A DNA stretch of 63,523 nucleotides, filler included, from Welwitschia mirabilis (GCA_051453625.1; 11 parts of one record of this genome joined end to end with filler, not necessarily neighbours in it); one strand, 5' to 3'; numbered from the whole stretch's first letter, positions 39,958 through 54,625 are shown. Notes: a model not told the origin generated them from the sequence alone. Translations and numbers: made by a program.

Positions 39958-42900
39958 AATCTAGTCTTTACACCTATGATATAAATGTGGCTCAATCCAC
40001 TTATAGTTACCTATACAATGAAAAAAAGATTTATGTTAGTAATAGGTCCAATGTTGTGGTGTTTTCATGGTTACAAAATAATTGACAATGTTAGCATACC
40101 ATGGTGGAGGATGAGAAGAATAAACAGTGAAAAGATGTTCATCTGGAAAGGAATCATCTATAAGAATATCATCTCGAGGAGGATGAAATCAAAAAANNNN
40201 NNNNNNNNNNNNNNNNNNNNNNNNNNNNNNNNNNNNNNNNNNNNNNNNNNNNNNNNNNNNNNNNNNNNNNNNNNNNNNNNNNNNNNNNNNNNNNNNNNNN
40301 NNNNNNNNNNNNNNNNNNNNNNNNNNNNNNNNNNNNNNNNNNNNNNNNNNNNNNNNNNNNNNNNNNNNNNNNNNNNNNNNNNNNNNNNNNNNNNNNNNNN
40401 NNNNNNNNNNNNNNNNNNNNNNNNNNNNNNNNNNNNNNNNNNNNNNNNNNNNNNAAGTGAATGATGCTGTAAAAATAAGGTTGGTTTTATTTCTTCTTTC
40501 ACATCTAAATTATTACCTAAATCTTTTTTGACTACACCAAACACTTATATTGAAAATTATTTGTTTCCAAAGTGGCACTTCATTAATCCAGTTCTTATGT
40601 CTATGATGCAATGGGCTATTGTGCAGAAAGCTCTACCTAGGAGTAGGGAATATCCACTATGATGCTCATCTTTTAAAATAACTACATCTATTAGATAGAA
40701 ATCTTCCTTCATTTGAATGACCAAGTCCTTGATCACACTCAAAGGCTTCTTCATAGATGTATCGACTAATTCCAAGATAATTCTTGTAGGCTCTACTCTT
40801 TCTTCCAATCTAAGATGTTGATAGATATGCAAGGGTATGATGTTGACATTGGTTTCTATGTCTATCAGGGCTTTCTTAATTCTTTAGTTCCCCTCTAAGG
40901 TAATACTAATAGTTGCTGCCCTCGGATCTTTAAACTTTGGACACTTCTTGAAAACCAACTTGCTAGGGGATTGAGCTAGGAAAACTTTACTAGGGATGGT
41001 TCATTTTTGTTTCTTTATTATTAGGTATTTTTATAGCTTAGAGTATTTTGGGTTCTCTTGCAATAGTTTTCAAAAAAGTAAGTTGATACTCATGTTTTGC
41101 ATTAAGGCTTTCAAATGATCATTAAAGATAGGATTTATGTTAAGCCTATTAATCCATGAGGTAGTAGGTTTCTTTTGTGAAGTATCTTTCTTCTTGTTGC
41201 TGAGTGAAAAAGGGAAGGAATGGTTTTCTAGGATTTTTGTGTCCTCTTCCTCATCATTTTTCTCATTTTAGGAAGTTGAAGCCTCATGGATTATGTCATT
41301 TTCACTCTTTGTCACCACTTTACAATCTTTTCTTTCTTCATTAGGGTTCAGTAAAGGTTGAGTGGCAAGGCTCCCTTATGGTCTTTGATTGACAAGCATG
41401 GTTTGTTGTAAAATACTTACAAGATTTTTTATGTTTGTGTTTATTTTCTCTTGAGTTTTTCTCAACTCCTCAATAGAATTCCTAAGAGGATCACTATGGT
41501 TTTAGAAGTTGAAAGGCTTACTAAGTTATTTGGATGGTTGGATTGAAAGTTTGGATGTTCAAATATATTTCTAAAAGGCTATAAGTTAAGATAATGTATT
41601 TGGAAATTTCTAGGATTTAGTTGATCACTTATTTTATTTTGAAAAGNNNNNNNNNNNNNNNNNNNNNNNNNNNNNNNNNNNNNNNNNNNNNNNNNNNNNN
41701 NNNNNNNNNNNNNNNNNNNNNNNNNNNNNNNNNNNNNNNNNNNNNNGCAGGTTTCTTTTGTAATGGATCTTTCTTTTTATTAGTGAGTGAAAAAGAGAAG
41801 GAATGGTTTTCTAGGATTTCTATGTCCTCTTCTTCATTATGTTTGTCATTTTGGAAAGTTGAAGCCTCATGAGTAGGGAAAGTTATGTCATTTCCACTCC
41901 TTATCACCACCTTAGAATATTTTCATACTTTATTATGGTTTAGTAAAGATTGAGTGGTAAGGGTCCCTTATGGTCTTTGATTAGCAAGCATGATCTATTG
42001 TAAAATACTTACAAGATTTTCTATGTTTACATTTATCTTCGATAGAGTTTTTCTCAACACCTTAATGGAATTCCTAAGAGGATCACTATGGTTTTGAAAG
42101 TTAGAAGGGCTTGCTAAGTTATTTGGATGGTTATATTAAAAGTTTGAATGTTCAAATTGATTTCTGAAAGGCTGAAAGTTAGGACGAGGTGTTTGAAAGT
42201 TTCTAGAATTTGGTTGCTCACTCATCCTATTCTGAAAATTGTGAGTTTGAACTTATCTTTGGTCCTCATAGATTCTGTATTTGTAAGTAGGAAGTAAAGG
42301 GTAACATTCATGATATGATAGTTGTCTTCACACAAATCGCATATTTGAACGATAACTTCACTCTTCTCAGTTGCTACTTTAGCATCAAGTATTATCTGAG
42401 TGTATTTTTCTAAGGTAGAAGTGAAATCCTTAATAACACTAATTGGTTCATTTTCTATTTTGGTTTTAGTCTTCTCATGCTTGACTTCTTTTAGATCCTT
42501 AATAATTTGGCCTACTATTCAGTTTTCTCTAAAGGAGGATTTAGGCCAAGTTNNNNNNNNNNNNNNNNNNNNNNNNNNNNNNNNNNNNNNNNNNNNNNNN
42601 NNNNNNNNNNNNNNNNNNNNNNNNNNNNNNNNNNNNNNNNNNNNNNNNNNNNGGATTTAGGCCAAGTTTGATTTACTTCCATTAAATCTTTAAACACATT
42701 CCAAGCATCTCCTAAGGTTTGGTTTAAGAGGTTAACTTCACAAGAGAAATCTACAAGTTGCTTGGTATGACTATTAAGTCCACTACAAAAATAGTCAATT
42801 ATCTCTACCTCAGAAAAGGCATCTATAAGGTTTAAATGTAAAGAAATAAAGAATCATTCATAGGCAGAGGCATAGTCTTCATTAGGCAATTGTTGGAAGT

Positions 42901-45900
42901 TTGTGACTTCTTTCTTATGCTTTTGGATGGTGGTTTTACTCATAAATCTCTTGATGAAGGCTTCTTGAACTNNNNNNNNNNNNNNNNNNNNNNNNNNNNN
43001 NNNNNNNNNNNNNNNNNNNNNNNNNNNNNNNNNNNNNNNNNNNNNNNNNNNNNNNNNNNNNNNNNNNNNNNTTTATTCTAGGGTGTCCTTCTAAAGGACT
43101 AATCATGGTTATTTCCTAGTATCTTTAAACTTTGGACATTTTTGGCATATTAAGTTTCTAATAAATTGAGCTAGAAAGACTTTACTAGGGATGATTCAGT
43201 TTTATTATCTTGTTATTAAGTCTTTTAATAGCTTAGAATATCTTGGTTTTTTGTAAAAATTTCCAAAAGGGTAAGTTAATGCTCATATTTTTCATTAAGG
43301 TTTTTAAATCATCATAAAAGATGGGATTTGTGTTAAGCCTATCAAGCCATGGGGTAATAAGTTTTTTTTATAAAGGATCTTTCTTTTTGTTGCTTAATGA
43401 AAAAGGAAAGGAATGGTTTCTAGGATTTCTATGTCCTCTTCCTCATTATTTTTATTGATTTGTAATGTTAAATCCTCATAAGTAGGAGGAATTGTGTCAT
43501 TTCCACTTATTTCACCATCTTACAATCTTTTCTTACTTCGTTAGGGTTCAGTAAAGGTTGAATGGCAAGAGAATCTTGTGGTATTTAGTTGGCAAGAATG
43601 ATTTGTTATAAAATAATCACAAGTTTTCTATGTTGGTGTTTGTATTTTCTTAAGTTTTTCTCATGTCCTTCCTAAGAGGATCACTATAGTTTTGAGAGTT
43701 GGAAAGGCTTGACAAGTTATTTGAGTTATTGAATTGAAAGTTTGAGTTTTCAAATCTATTTCTGAAAGGTTGAAAGTAAGGATGGGGCATTTGAAAATTT
43801 CTAAAGTGGTTGTTTACTCATCCTATATTGAAAGTTATTATGAGCTTGGATTGTCTTTGGTTGTGGTTTTTATTGTAGCTTGAAGGTCTTTAGTTAAAAC
43901 TACAAACTTCCTCATAGATTTTTTCTTTATAAGTAGGAAGCAAGGGATAATATTTTATAACATGGTAGTTATATTCATACAAATCACATGTTGGAACTAC
44001 AACTTCACTTTTTTTGGTTGCTACTTTAGCATCAAGAATCATTTGGATGTACTTCTCTAAGGTAGAGGTGAAATCCTTAATGATACTAGTTAGCTTATTT
44101 TTGGTTATTATTTCATTCCTCTCATGTTTTACCTCTTTTAAATGTTTAATGATTTAGCCTATAATTTGGTTTTCTCTAGGCGAGTGTTTAGACTAGGTTT
44201 GACTCACTTCCACTAAATCCTTTAACACCTTTTAAGCATCATCTAGGATTTGGTTTAATAAATTACCTCCATAAGAAAAATCTACAAGTTACGTTGTATG
44301 ACTATTTAACCCATTGTAAAAATAGTCGACTAGTTCAATCTATGAAAAAAAATATACAAGGTTTAAATGTAAAGCAATAAAAAATCTCTCATAGTTAGAG
44401 GTATAATCTTTGTTAGGCATTTGTTGGAAGTTGGTAACTTCTTTCTTAAGCTTTTAGATGATGGTTTCACTCATAAATCTCTTGATGAAGGCTTCTTGAA
44501 CTTGACTCCAAGATTTTAAGCTCTTATTGGGAATTTTTCTAAGCCAAAGTTTTGCTTTACCTCTTAAGGTCATGGAAAAGATAACTATATAGATTCTATT
44601 ACTTATTTATTTTTCACAATTTCCAAAAGTAAGAATAAGTTGTTTGATTTTAGCAATATATTATAGAGGATCTTCATCAAGTTCTTCACTAAAGATAGGA
44701 TAAGCATTCAAGTTTTAAAGTTCTACATCATTATTAGTGGGTAAGTCAAAAGGATTTTGGATTTTATATTTTTTGGTTGTAATAAGATCTCTCAAAGTTG
44801 CATGAATATTAGGTTGAGAAGGAGTAGAAGTGAGGGTTCTAATAACATGGAGTGCATTTGAAGAGATAAGTTATTTAAGCTTTTGGTTATAGGTGGACAT
44901 GGTATCAGACTCTATAAAATTAAAATCAAAAATTGCAAGAAAGCATAAATCTTACATACCTAGGCTATTTTAATTTGTCTCAATTTTAAACTTTAGCAAA
45001 CCTTCTCTGATATTTTTAGTAATGAACTTTTATTCTCTCTGATATTTTTTCTTTTTATTGATCTTAATCATTTAGACTTTGAGTGCCATCATGTACATCA
45101 TCCAGACAATAACCTAGATGACAAAAACATAGAAAACCATAGAAAGAGGGAAAGAAGAAAATGGGACAGTTTTTCGACTATGACATCTGAATGATAAAGG
45201 AGATGTTATAGGTTAGCAAAAAGATAAATCAAAACAAAAAACTTACAGCAAGTAATGGTATACCACTGCTACAGCAAACATCCGGAATATTCATCGAAGT
45301 AATGACAACTCTCGAATTTCTAGCAGCCTTCCCTGACAATGGTCCCAAGATGTTTATGAAACATTTACATCTTGATATGAATCTTGTTAATCACAAATAA
45401 TATGCACAAACACAACACATTAGTATAGATGGAATTGATCAAAATGTCGTAATTCTGTTGAAGGCCAAAGTAAGGAAATAAAAGAGTTGATTTCAAGAGA
45501 AAATTATGTAATGCTAACCTACTGAAATAAATTATAAGGCATGTAAATTAAATAATAAAACATTCTTATGCAAAACTAATCTAGAAAAGGAAATAATGAT
45601 GTATCTAAACTGACAAACCTCAACCTTAACAAAGGCTACCCTCATAATCTATATAATAATAGAAGCTTATTACCAAATCTTAGATAACATAAACTATGAG
45701 GGAGAAGATCCTATATATATTAAACATAAAAGAAAATATTTTATTATTAAAAATTCTATTACATCTACATTACAAAGTAGACGTTTCTCAATGGAGAAAA
45801 TACTATCCAATACCAAGGGAATGTCTATCTGTAATCACTGAATGATTCTCCAGTTCCAAGATCTTCTATTATGAGTATGTCAAGTATTGTCGAAGATGAT

Positions 45901-46450
45901 TAGGGATTGAGGAAAAAAACCCTTATTTATAGATAGAAAAGGAAGGTAAATAGATAAAAGAGTATAGAAAAAATCCTAGCTAACATGCAAAAAAAAGTTA
46001 CAATAAAGTAGCGATAACTTAGGTAAACATTCGATGAAAGCATAAGAGAACAGTGTTGTTCATCTAGTTGTCCAGACGATATAAGAGATGATGTAGACTA
46101 ATAATTATAAGTCATTGTTTACTCTAGTTGAACTACCTATGGTCTGCATATAAAGTGTTATCGACCAGTTAGAGGTGTCATCTACCAATGATGTCTAGAC
46201 GATGAGGTGAACGATGGTCTTTTGTCAACCTTCAATCAGTTCGATTGATTTGTTGTTTATAGGAATCATTATTTAAAATGTCATTTATTCACATATGCAC
46301 AAAATGCTTGTAATTTATCTAGAAATTGCATGTTTTTATCCTTTTCATCCTGGTTCTCCATTATCATAAGAAGTCAACATTTATCTGTTAATTTACCTAC
46401 TAAACAACTTAGAATACCCTATCAAATACACATAAGTTGGTGGCATAATA
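39958..46450 (-). mobile_element. Athila-type Ty3/gypsy: 5' LTR, PBS, gag, protease and integrase N-terminus (three overlapping paralogous pieces)
   Basis: LTR 45351-46450, PBS 45330-45347. Gag IFSMTLRGKAKLWL...KSWSQVQEAFIKRF (~44475-44590). Protease KKALIDIETNVNIIP and LLLGRAF (~40560-40880). DDSFPDEHLF...PWYANIVNY...YKWIEPHLY at 39958-40170. Confidence 0.88.
45330..45347 (-). promoter_or_regulatory. Degenerate tRNA-Asp PBS
   Basis: Minus TGGGACCATTGTCAGGGA versus the Athila consensus TGGCGCCGTTGCCGGGGA, three bases from the LTR end. Confidence 0.75.
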
Positions 46451-47835
46451 GAAATCCTCTTATTTTTAGGATAAATTAAGTAGTTTCATACCTATTTATT
46501 AAGTTAAAATTATAGATTCTCTTCAAAAGAAATTGGCATAAATCTTATATATTATTTATTGGGGAAAAAAAAGAAGACAGAAATAAAATCACTTAAACTC
46601 TTTACTAATTAATAAAGATTTATTGCAAAATTTTAAACTAATGATGAATACTCAAGTAACATGAAAACATAAAACTAAGTTAATTTATCTTATGGAAGTT
46701 TAATTTAAAGAATGATCTTTATTATAGGTTAATTTGGTTTTCACTCACGTTCTAAATCAACTTAAAACTTATTTTTCTTTTTTGATATCCTAATCTTTGA
46801 AGATCCAAATAGGAAGAAAATAGATTCATCTTACTATATTCATATAATTCTTTGAATTCCACACATTCTTCTCAACATTTTATTTATTAAAACTTAATAC
46901 TACTAGATGTAATGCAATATTTGTATTTTATAACTAATTTCTTCTTTTTACTAATTCCTACTGTTGGTCTGCTAGGCTACCTAAAGCTATATCACTAGCT
47001 GAATCTGCTCATTGAAGTATGTGCCATGTTCTTTTCTTCAATTAATCATCTTCAAATACAACCTACAATCTTAGTATCTAATGCATACAAAACATACTAG
47101 TGNNNNNNNNNNNNNNNNNNNNNNNNNNNNNNNNNNNNNNNNNNNNNNNNNNNNNNNNNNNNNNNNNNNNNNNNNNNNNNNNNNNNNNNNNNNNNNNNNN
47201 NNTTAATCATCTTTAAATACAACCTACAATCTTAGTATCTAATGCATACAAAACATACTAGTGTACTGAGTTAACCCAAATGTCATACTCTAGAGAAAAA
47301 TTTGAAAGTACATTTAGAAGATTTAATTAAAAAGAATTGAAATGATTTCTTATTTTAAATTTTAGAATGATACATGGATGAAAATACAAAAACAAGATGA
47401 AATGTAATGAATGAATGCAAACATAAGATGTAAACCTAAATGTAAATACTAAACCAATTTCACCAACTTGTTGTCATCCAAGTTGATTCTCATACATTAT
47501 ATCAAAATCACAATTAACTTGATTTTGACCTAACATATAAATAACATAAGAAAGAAATTAATAGAAATAAAATGATCTTTTATTAATTACCATGATCCTT
47601 ACATCAGCTCTAGAATAGTCATTTATTAGTGAAGAATACACAACCTAACATTATGGTAAGCTCCTCTCTTAATCTAGATGGATCTCTTATTCAAAACACT
47701 TTAATGCCCCAAGCAATTTTGATGCACAAAATATAAGAAGTAAGGAACCTAAAAGGGGGTATTTATAGGTTTGAATTGACTATTCAAGTCATCTAGTGTT
47801 ATAACAAATTAAGAGTAGACATATTCCTAATTCTA

Positions 47836-47992
47836 TAATGTCTTCTTGATGTAACATCTTATTAATGTAATGACTTCTTAGTTTAATGTCTTCTTAGTAT
47901 AATTTATTTTTTCATGTGTATCCTTAATGTAATATCTCATTAGTGTAATGTCTTATTGATGTAATGCCTTCTTAGTGTAATATCTTCTTGGT
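47836..47992. repeat. 16-bp minisatellite, about 9-10 copies
   Basis: Consensus TAATGTCTTCTTAGTG. Confidence 0.85.
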
Positions 47993-48078
47993 TAGGTGAA
48001 ATTTGTTATGATGATTTCAACACTTGACCTTTGGATCATGATTCCTTTACTAACTAATGATATCACCATGTCTCTTTA

Positions 48079-48146
48079 ATGTCACCACTATGTCACTACC
48101 ACATGTCACTGTCACATGTCATTACCACATGTCATTGCTACACATC
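48079..48146. repeat. 13-bp minisatellite, about 5 copies
   Basis: Consensus CACATGTCACTRC. Confidence 0.8.
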
Positions 48147-50465
48147 TTCCTTGAATGCTTCACAATTACTTCATTTTAATTTAAATTATAATTAGTTCTT
48201 TATCTTTAGTCTTTGACATCAAAAGTAATTAATTTGAGTACTAAACCTATAAAAAGGACCTAAAAACATACTTTAAACATGATATTAAATATGGCTAATT
48301 TGGCTTGCAACATAGCCCCCTAATGAGAGTTTGTCAATCCCTCACAAAGAAGGTAAAAATAATAGAAGTGAGACAAATTAAAAAAGGGATGAAAAATAAC
48401 ACTTAAGCATAAAGGACCTTACATTGTTATACATAAAGTGCATCTTATTTTAATATATCAAAAAACAAAAATTCTAATTAAGCATCATAAGAAGAATATG
48501 CATTAAATTTGGAACGATGGTTTCAATTCTATAATAAACAAATTCATTCTAAAGCTAATATTTTAAATATTCCAGATATTCCACCTCCATGAATTAGATA
48601 AATTCATACTGAATTTAAAGTGAGTTTACATGTGATTAGAAAAATAAATAAACTAAACATTTCAAAGGATGTAAAATAAAAAGTGAAAATCTAGAAAAAA
48701 AAAACATAAAATATTAGAGGAAATAAATCAAGACAAGCTAAGACATGATGAAAACAAACATTAAACTACTTAAATTCTAAATCCTAACATCTCAAAACTT
48801 AACACTTTATTTGAAATAAAAATAAGGATAAATCATTTTTAAAATATCAAATTTATTTTTCTAATTCTTTATTCTTATGCTAAATAGAAATGTAAAGTTA
48901 ATAACTTTGAAATTATCTAGCTTAATGAATAGAAATAAATACATTGCATTGTAACATATTCTACTTAAATTTGATCACTTAACAATAGTATTTCATTCCT
49001 AATTTAAAGATACATGATTATTGATCAATAAAATATTATAGTTTTTCTTAGATAGCATGGATGAAAATGGTAATGTACTAATTAAAATTGATGTATCATA
49101 GCTATAATCTCAAGCATTAACATAAAAGATGGTTGTAAACTAATAATACTTAATAATGTGATACTTAGATCACAATTTGAGGTGTACCTTATTTTAGCTT
49201 GAATTCCTCCCATTATGGAGTGCTCAGTTCTAAACCACTAATCTTATTTTTATCAGAAGTGGCAGGATCTGTTAGATAAGACAAAGACTATTAAGAAAAT
49301 TTACCTAATCCCTAAGATAGATTTGAAGTGATTATCAAAAGTGCTTTTACAATATAAATTGATATTTTATTTTTATTTTTATTTTTCTTTTTTACTCGTC
49401 CTTTACATATATGAAAAGTCACTTATGCATTATCAAAGTACTAATAACTTGTAGCCTTGATGTAAATGAATTTGATGAAGAGATAAAGCATATAATATAA
49501 ATAACTTAATCACTTGTATTGTCCTCTCCCAAAATGAGAGCTTACAAGATTGATTTTCCATAATTCACAAATGCCTAAAACACTTTAACATACTACATAT
49601 TGAAAAAATAAAGTAAAATCAAGTTAATAGATGTTGAGAAAAGAAAAACTATTTGAATAATTAAAGCTAAGTGGTGGTCATATAGTTAAGAAAAGAGGAC
49701 TCACTAAATCAAATTTCATAAGTAAAATATAGTTTCTTTGCTCTGTATTTTTCTCTATGCCAAAAAGATAAATATTCAAACATAGTTATTATGTTATACT
49801 TTTTTCAAAAAAATAAAAACCAAATCATACAGAAATCAAATTGATGGATCATAAAGGATATGCATGCATTTTTCAAAGGAATCAGTTAGTAATAAATAAC
49901 ATGAAGGAGTAACACTTTGACTCCATAAAATTCATTAGCAATATGAAAGATAAAGAATTCATATATTTTATGGAAAAACAATCTCTTATCAAACTCATGA
50001 TATAAATAATTTGAATGATATATTTCATTCAGAGATTAATATTAGAAATAAAAGATATTAATGCTACTATTTTAAATCTAAGAAGTTTTGAGAAAACTTC
50101 TTAAGATGACTAGTTATGTCACGTTTAACATATTTAAGAAGCTTCTGAAGATTTTACTTTAAATATGTATTAACATTAAGAAGATAAGGTTTATCTTAAT
50201 TTATAATTTCAAGATATCTTTAATTACACTTTTAACATGAGTTTCATTAAACGCATAAGGTAAAGTAAACTTAGTAGAAGAGGAAAGGATGTTACTTTGA
50301 GTATTACATAAAAGTATAGTTAAAAGGTATAGGGAAAGATGGGCAGACTCTTGATGTTGGATTATTGCATTGGAAGAATTAAGTCTATTCTTTATTAGGT
50401 TTAGTTGAATTTTCATGGATTTCTCATTATTTATCCTATTCTCATTATTGTTTTTATCATTACTT

Positions 50466-53400
50466 TATTGAATGATTAAGAGCTTATTATTGAAATTTAT
50501 TAGATTATGTTTTCTTAATTGATGTCAAAGTAATGTTTTTTCTATAGAAAATTTTATATATCTTGTGAAGAAGATGTTAATTACTTAAAGGTCAAAAGAT
50601 GAAACTAAAACCATTGAATTCTGAGCACTAGAAACTTGTGAATTCTTTAACCCTCTTGAGAGATCGATTGAACTTTGAAGGGGTCAATTGTATCTAAAGC
50701 AGACAAACAAAATTAACTACATCTAAAAGTGTTGACTAGATTTCAGGTGGGATCAACCAGACTAGTAAACCTTGAGAATCAGTGTCCTTGAACTGAATGG
50801 CAATGGATCAACCAGACCTTTATGAGGTTAACTAGATTTGAGTACTTCATAAATAGTACTTCCAAACTGATTGTTAAGGGATTATCTAGCCCTATGATAG
50901 GGTCAATCGGACCTGAGAACTACGCAGCTAATACTCTTAAGTTAATCATCATGGGGTTGATCGGATACCTGAAGGGATTAAGTAGACCTGATGCTGGAAA
51001 TTGAAAAGATCTTTATCAGGACAAGTGAGTAACCAAATTTTATTATGGGTGAATGTACTGGGATTGACTAGACCCATATGAGGTCAATTAAACATAAAGC
51101 CATAAGAAATTGGGGTAACTAAAATTTTCACTTGAGCAGCCTATGTAACTTACGGTACTAGATGGGATCAACTACACTTTTGATGGGTCAACCAGACAGA
51201 AAAGAACTAAAATTTTCTATTTGTTATGTATTTATTATGTATCTATTAAATATCCATTTTCTAGCCATTTATAGCTATTGGAAGCGCATTTCAAATGTAA
51301 TAAACCTTAAAATCCTTTTAATAGAAATAGCCAAGAGATAAATGACTATAAAATCTTTTGGAATCATTTTCAATTTTGTTAATCTTTTAGATCTAAGGAA
51401 CAAGCACTGTAATCTTTATATCTTAATATCTATACTTCTAACTGCAGAAGATCTACTATCTGTATCATCTCTACATTCAAGGTTAGATCTTATGCTTTAT
51501 CTATTGTACATCTATAGGAGAAGAGATTTATCAAATCCACTATATTAAGAATGAGTGATATCCATGCATATTGACATCATTGCATCACTTTTTTACTTTG
51601 TGAAAGGTTGAGACTAAGCCTTAAAAAGTCTGTTCAAAGGTTGAAACTAAGCTTGGAAAAGTTTATTTATAAAGGTTACAAGTAAACCTGGAATACTTAG
51701 TGGAGTAATAAAGATCTAGATTAAGCTTGGGGATAAGTTGATCATCAAGAGTAAAGTAAGCAGTTTTCCGAACAACTATAAATCCTACATGTATCTATTT
51801 GGTACTTTTATGGTTTTAATTAGTTTATTTCTTTACTTCTGTTAATTTTTCTTTTCATGCACATTTTGGATTAGTAAATTATTTTGTGCAAGTTTTTGAT
51901 TTATCTTGAATTCATTTATAATACTATGTTGAAATTTTAATAATTTATTCACCCTCCTTTTAGGATCCTCAATCCTATCAATTGGTATCAAAGCTAAGTT
52001 AAGTCTTTTCCTAGATCTTAACCAATCTAGACTTCATAACCCTATGATGAGTATTTTCTTTGATGACTTTTTAAATATTCCCTTCCTAGATATCTATACT
52101 TTTATTTGTATATTTGGGATAGCATATAGATATATTTTGAAATACATTGCAACCAGTGAAAATACATAGGAGTCAAGTAAAAGTGACAAAAAGAAATACT
52201 CAAAAATCCAATAAAGAAAGGAGAATGTTCTTTACAGAACTTATGCATCTTTACNNNNNNTTCCCAATACATTAGATCATGATGACCTTAATGTGATTAA
52301 TGAAGAATAGGATGAGCTAGAAGATACCTATCAAGAGATATACCAAAAAATATAAAAAACTAACTAAAAGGATAAATGATCTAAATAAGATTGCAAAATC
52401 TCTCACCAAGGAAAATGAGGAAATAGAATCAAGTTTAAAAGAATCAAATTAAAAACTCCGATCTCACTCTTTAGGTAAAATATTTATCTTATTTTGTTAA
52501 TAAATTTTCAGGTAGATCTACTAAATTGGAATAGATGCTTAGAGTTCAAAAATCTATTAGTAACAAGTTAAGTATTGGTTTCATCTCTCAAAAACCTCAA
52601 AGGCTGCAAAATCAAATAACTAGTGATGGTAAGTTATTTTTAAAAATTACTTGTCATTTATATGGAAGAATTAGTCATTCAAAAATCTTATGCAATGCTA
52701 GAAAATTAATGTTATTTTTAAACTCAATTAGTACCTCTTTTTTAAAATTTATTCTTAAATTAGATATATCACGTAAGTATAAAAGGACTATATGGATGAA
52801 AGCTAATTATCTTAAAATTCTTTTAATTCAAACAACTTTCAAGGTTTCAAATAGCATAAGATAGTATCTAGATAGTGGGTTTCAAGCCATATAAGAGGAG
52901 ATAAATCCAGATTCAAGAAACTAAGAAACTTTAATGAAGCAGAAATAACTTTTAGGGACAACGGAAGAGCAAAAATAGAAGGCATTAGAAGCATTGGTAG
53001 AGGTAATTTTTCTAGAATTAATGAAGTCTTGTATGTGAATGATATAAAGCATAATTTATTGAGCATTAGTCAAATTTATAACAAAGGTTATAAGGTAGTC
53101 TTTGATAAATCAAAATGTAAGATTTTACATGGAAAATAAAATGATGTAATTCTTAGAGCAAGTAGAGTGGACAACATATATAGCATAGATCAATCATTTT
53201 CTCCTTGTTATTTTTCAAATGTTCCTTAAGAAGGGATATGGCATAAATGATTAAGTTATGTTAATTATGATCAATTAAAAATGATTATTCATAAAAACTT
53301 TGTGTAAGCTATCCCTAAGATAAATGTAGAAAAATAAGGCTTATGTGATGCTTGCCAAAAGGTAAAACAAATTAGGACTTCATATAAAACAAAAAAAACC

Positions 53401-54625
53401 AACTGTCCACATCTATGNNNNNNNNNNNNNNNNNNNNNNNNNNNNNNNNNNNNNNNNNNNNNNNNNNNNNNNNNNNNNNNNNNNNNNNNNNNNNNNNNNN
53501 NNNNNNNNNNNNNNNNNAAGGTAAAACAAATTAGGACTTCATATAAAACAAAAAAAACCAAATGTCCACATCTATGGCTTTAGATCTTATTCATATGGCT
53601 CTTGTTAGCCTCACTTAAACTCAAAGTCTATGTGTAAAATGTTACTTTCTTACTATGATTGACTATTTCTCTAGATATACTTGGTAGCCTTCTTGTCAAA
53701 CAAATCTGAAGCTTACAAAATTTGGATTAAGATATGCAACAATATTCAAAACAAAAAGGGATATTCCATAANNNNNNNNNNNNNNNNNNNNNNNNNNNNN
53801 NNNNNNNNNNNNNNNNNNNNNNNNNNNNNNNNNNNNNNNNNNNNNNNNNNNNNNNNNNNNNNNNNNNNNNNATATACTTGGTATCCTTCTTGTCAAACAA
53901 ATCTAAAGCTTACAAAATTTGGATTAAGATATGCAATAATATTCAAAACAAAAAGGGATATTCCATAAAGAAAATAAGAAATAATCATGATGGTAAATTT
54001 GATAATTATTTTTTTATAGAAATATTGCATTGAAAATGTAATTAATTATCAGTTTTCAGCCTCAAAAACACCACAACAAAATGATATAGCTGAAAGAAAG
54101 AATAGAGTCCTCTAAGAAATGATACGAACTATGCTAAACGATAAGGAGGTTCTGAAATCCTTTTTGGTTGAGGAAGTTAGCACATCATGCTACATTATTA
54201 ATAGAGTATATCTTAGACCTGGTACAAATAAAATGCCATATGAGTTATGGAAATGAATATAACCTAATGTATCATACTTTAAGGTTTTTGCAAGTAAATG
54301 CTATGTGCTAAAAGATAGAAAACATTTGAGCAAATTCAAGTCTAAGGAAGATGAAGCTATCTCCTTATGTTACTCAACTAAAGTAGAGCTTGTCATGTTT
54401 TCAATAAAAGAATATCAATAGTAGAAGAGTTAATAAATGTGTAAATTTATGAAATTGACATAATAACAAAATACATAAATGAAGAGAAAGTCATAACTAG
54501 AAGTATCCCCACAACTAATGAAGATCTTACCAAAATTAATGAAGTTCCAGTAAAGGAAGGCACACTGAAAAAGCTTAAATTACTTAAAGATCATCCTCTA
54601 GAATCTATTATTGGATAAGTTATCT
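50466..54625 (+). mobile_element. Sirevirus-type Ty1/copia element 2 (LTR, PBS, short gag, protease, integrase), cut by linker
   Basis: LTR end ATTCACCCTCCTTTTAG...CCTATCA at 51980, PBS TGGTATCAAAGC 51983-51994, *YLDSG (~52862), CDACQK, LDLIHM, IDYFSRYTW, IRNNHDGKFDN, TPQQNDIAERKNR, KDHPLESIIG. Confidence 0.9.
51983..51994 (+). promoter_or_regulatory. Primer binding site (initiator tRNA-Met), one mismatch
   Basis: TGGTATCAAAGC after the LTR-terminal CA. Confidence 0.88.

Larger units (their letters stand above)
46960..48345 (-). mobile_element. 3' LTR and PPT of another non-chromovirus Ty3/gypsy family
   Basis: Minus GGGATTGACAAACTCTCATTAGGGGGCTA then TGTTGCAAG starting at 48312. Minus CCTATAAATACCCC at ~47756-47769. 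Left boundary uncertain. Confidence 0.65.

Noticed and set aside
40455-44900. Three stacked gag-protease copies as a triplicated gag array
   Set aside because: Each junction is a 100-N gap between overlapping paralogous pieces, so scaffolding of different family copies is more likely. The same applies to 413-985 and 34070-35190.
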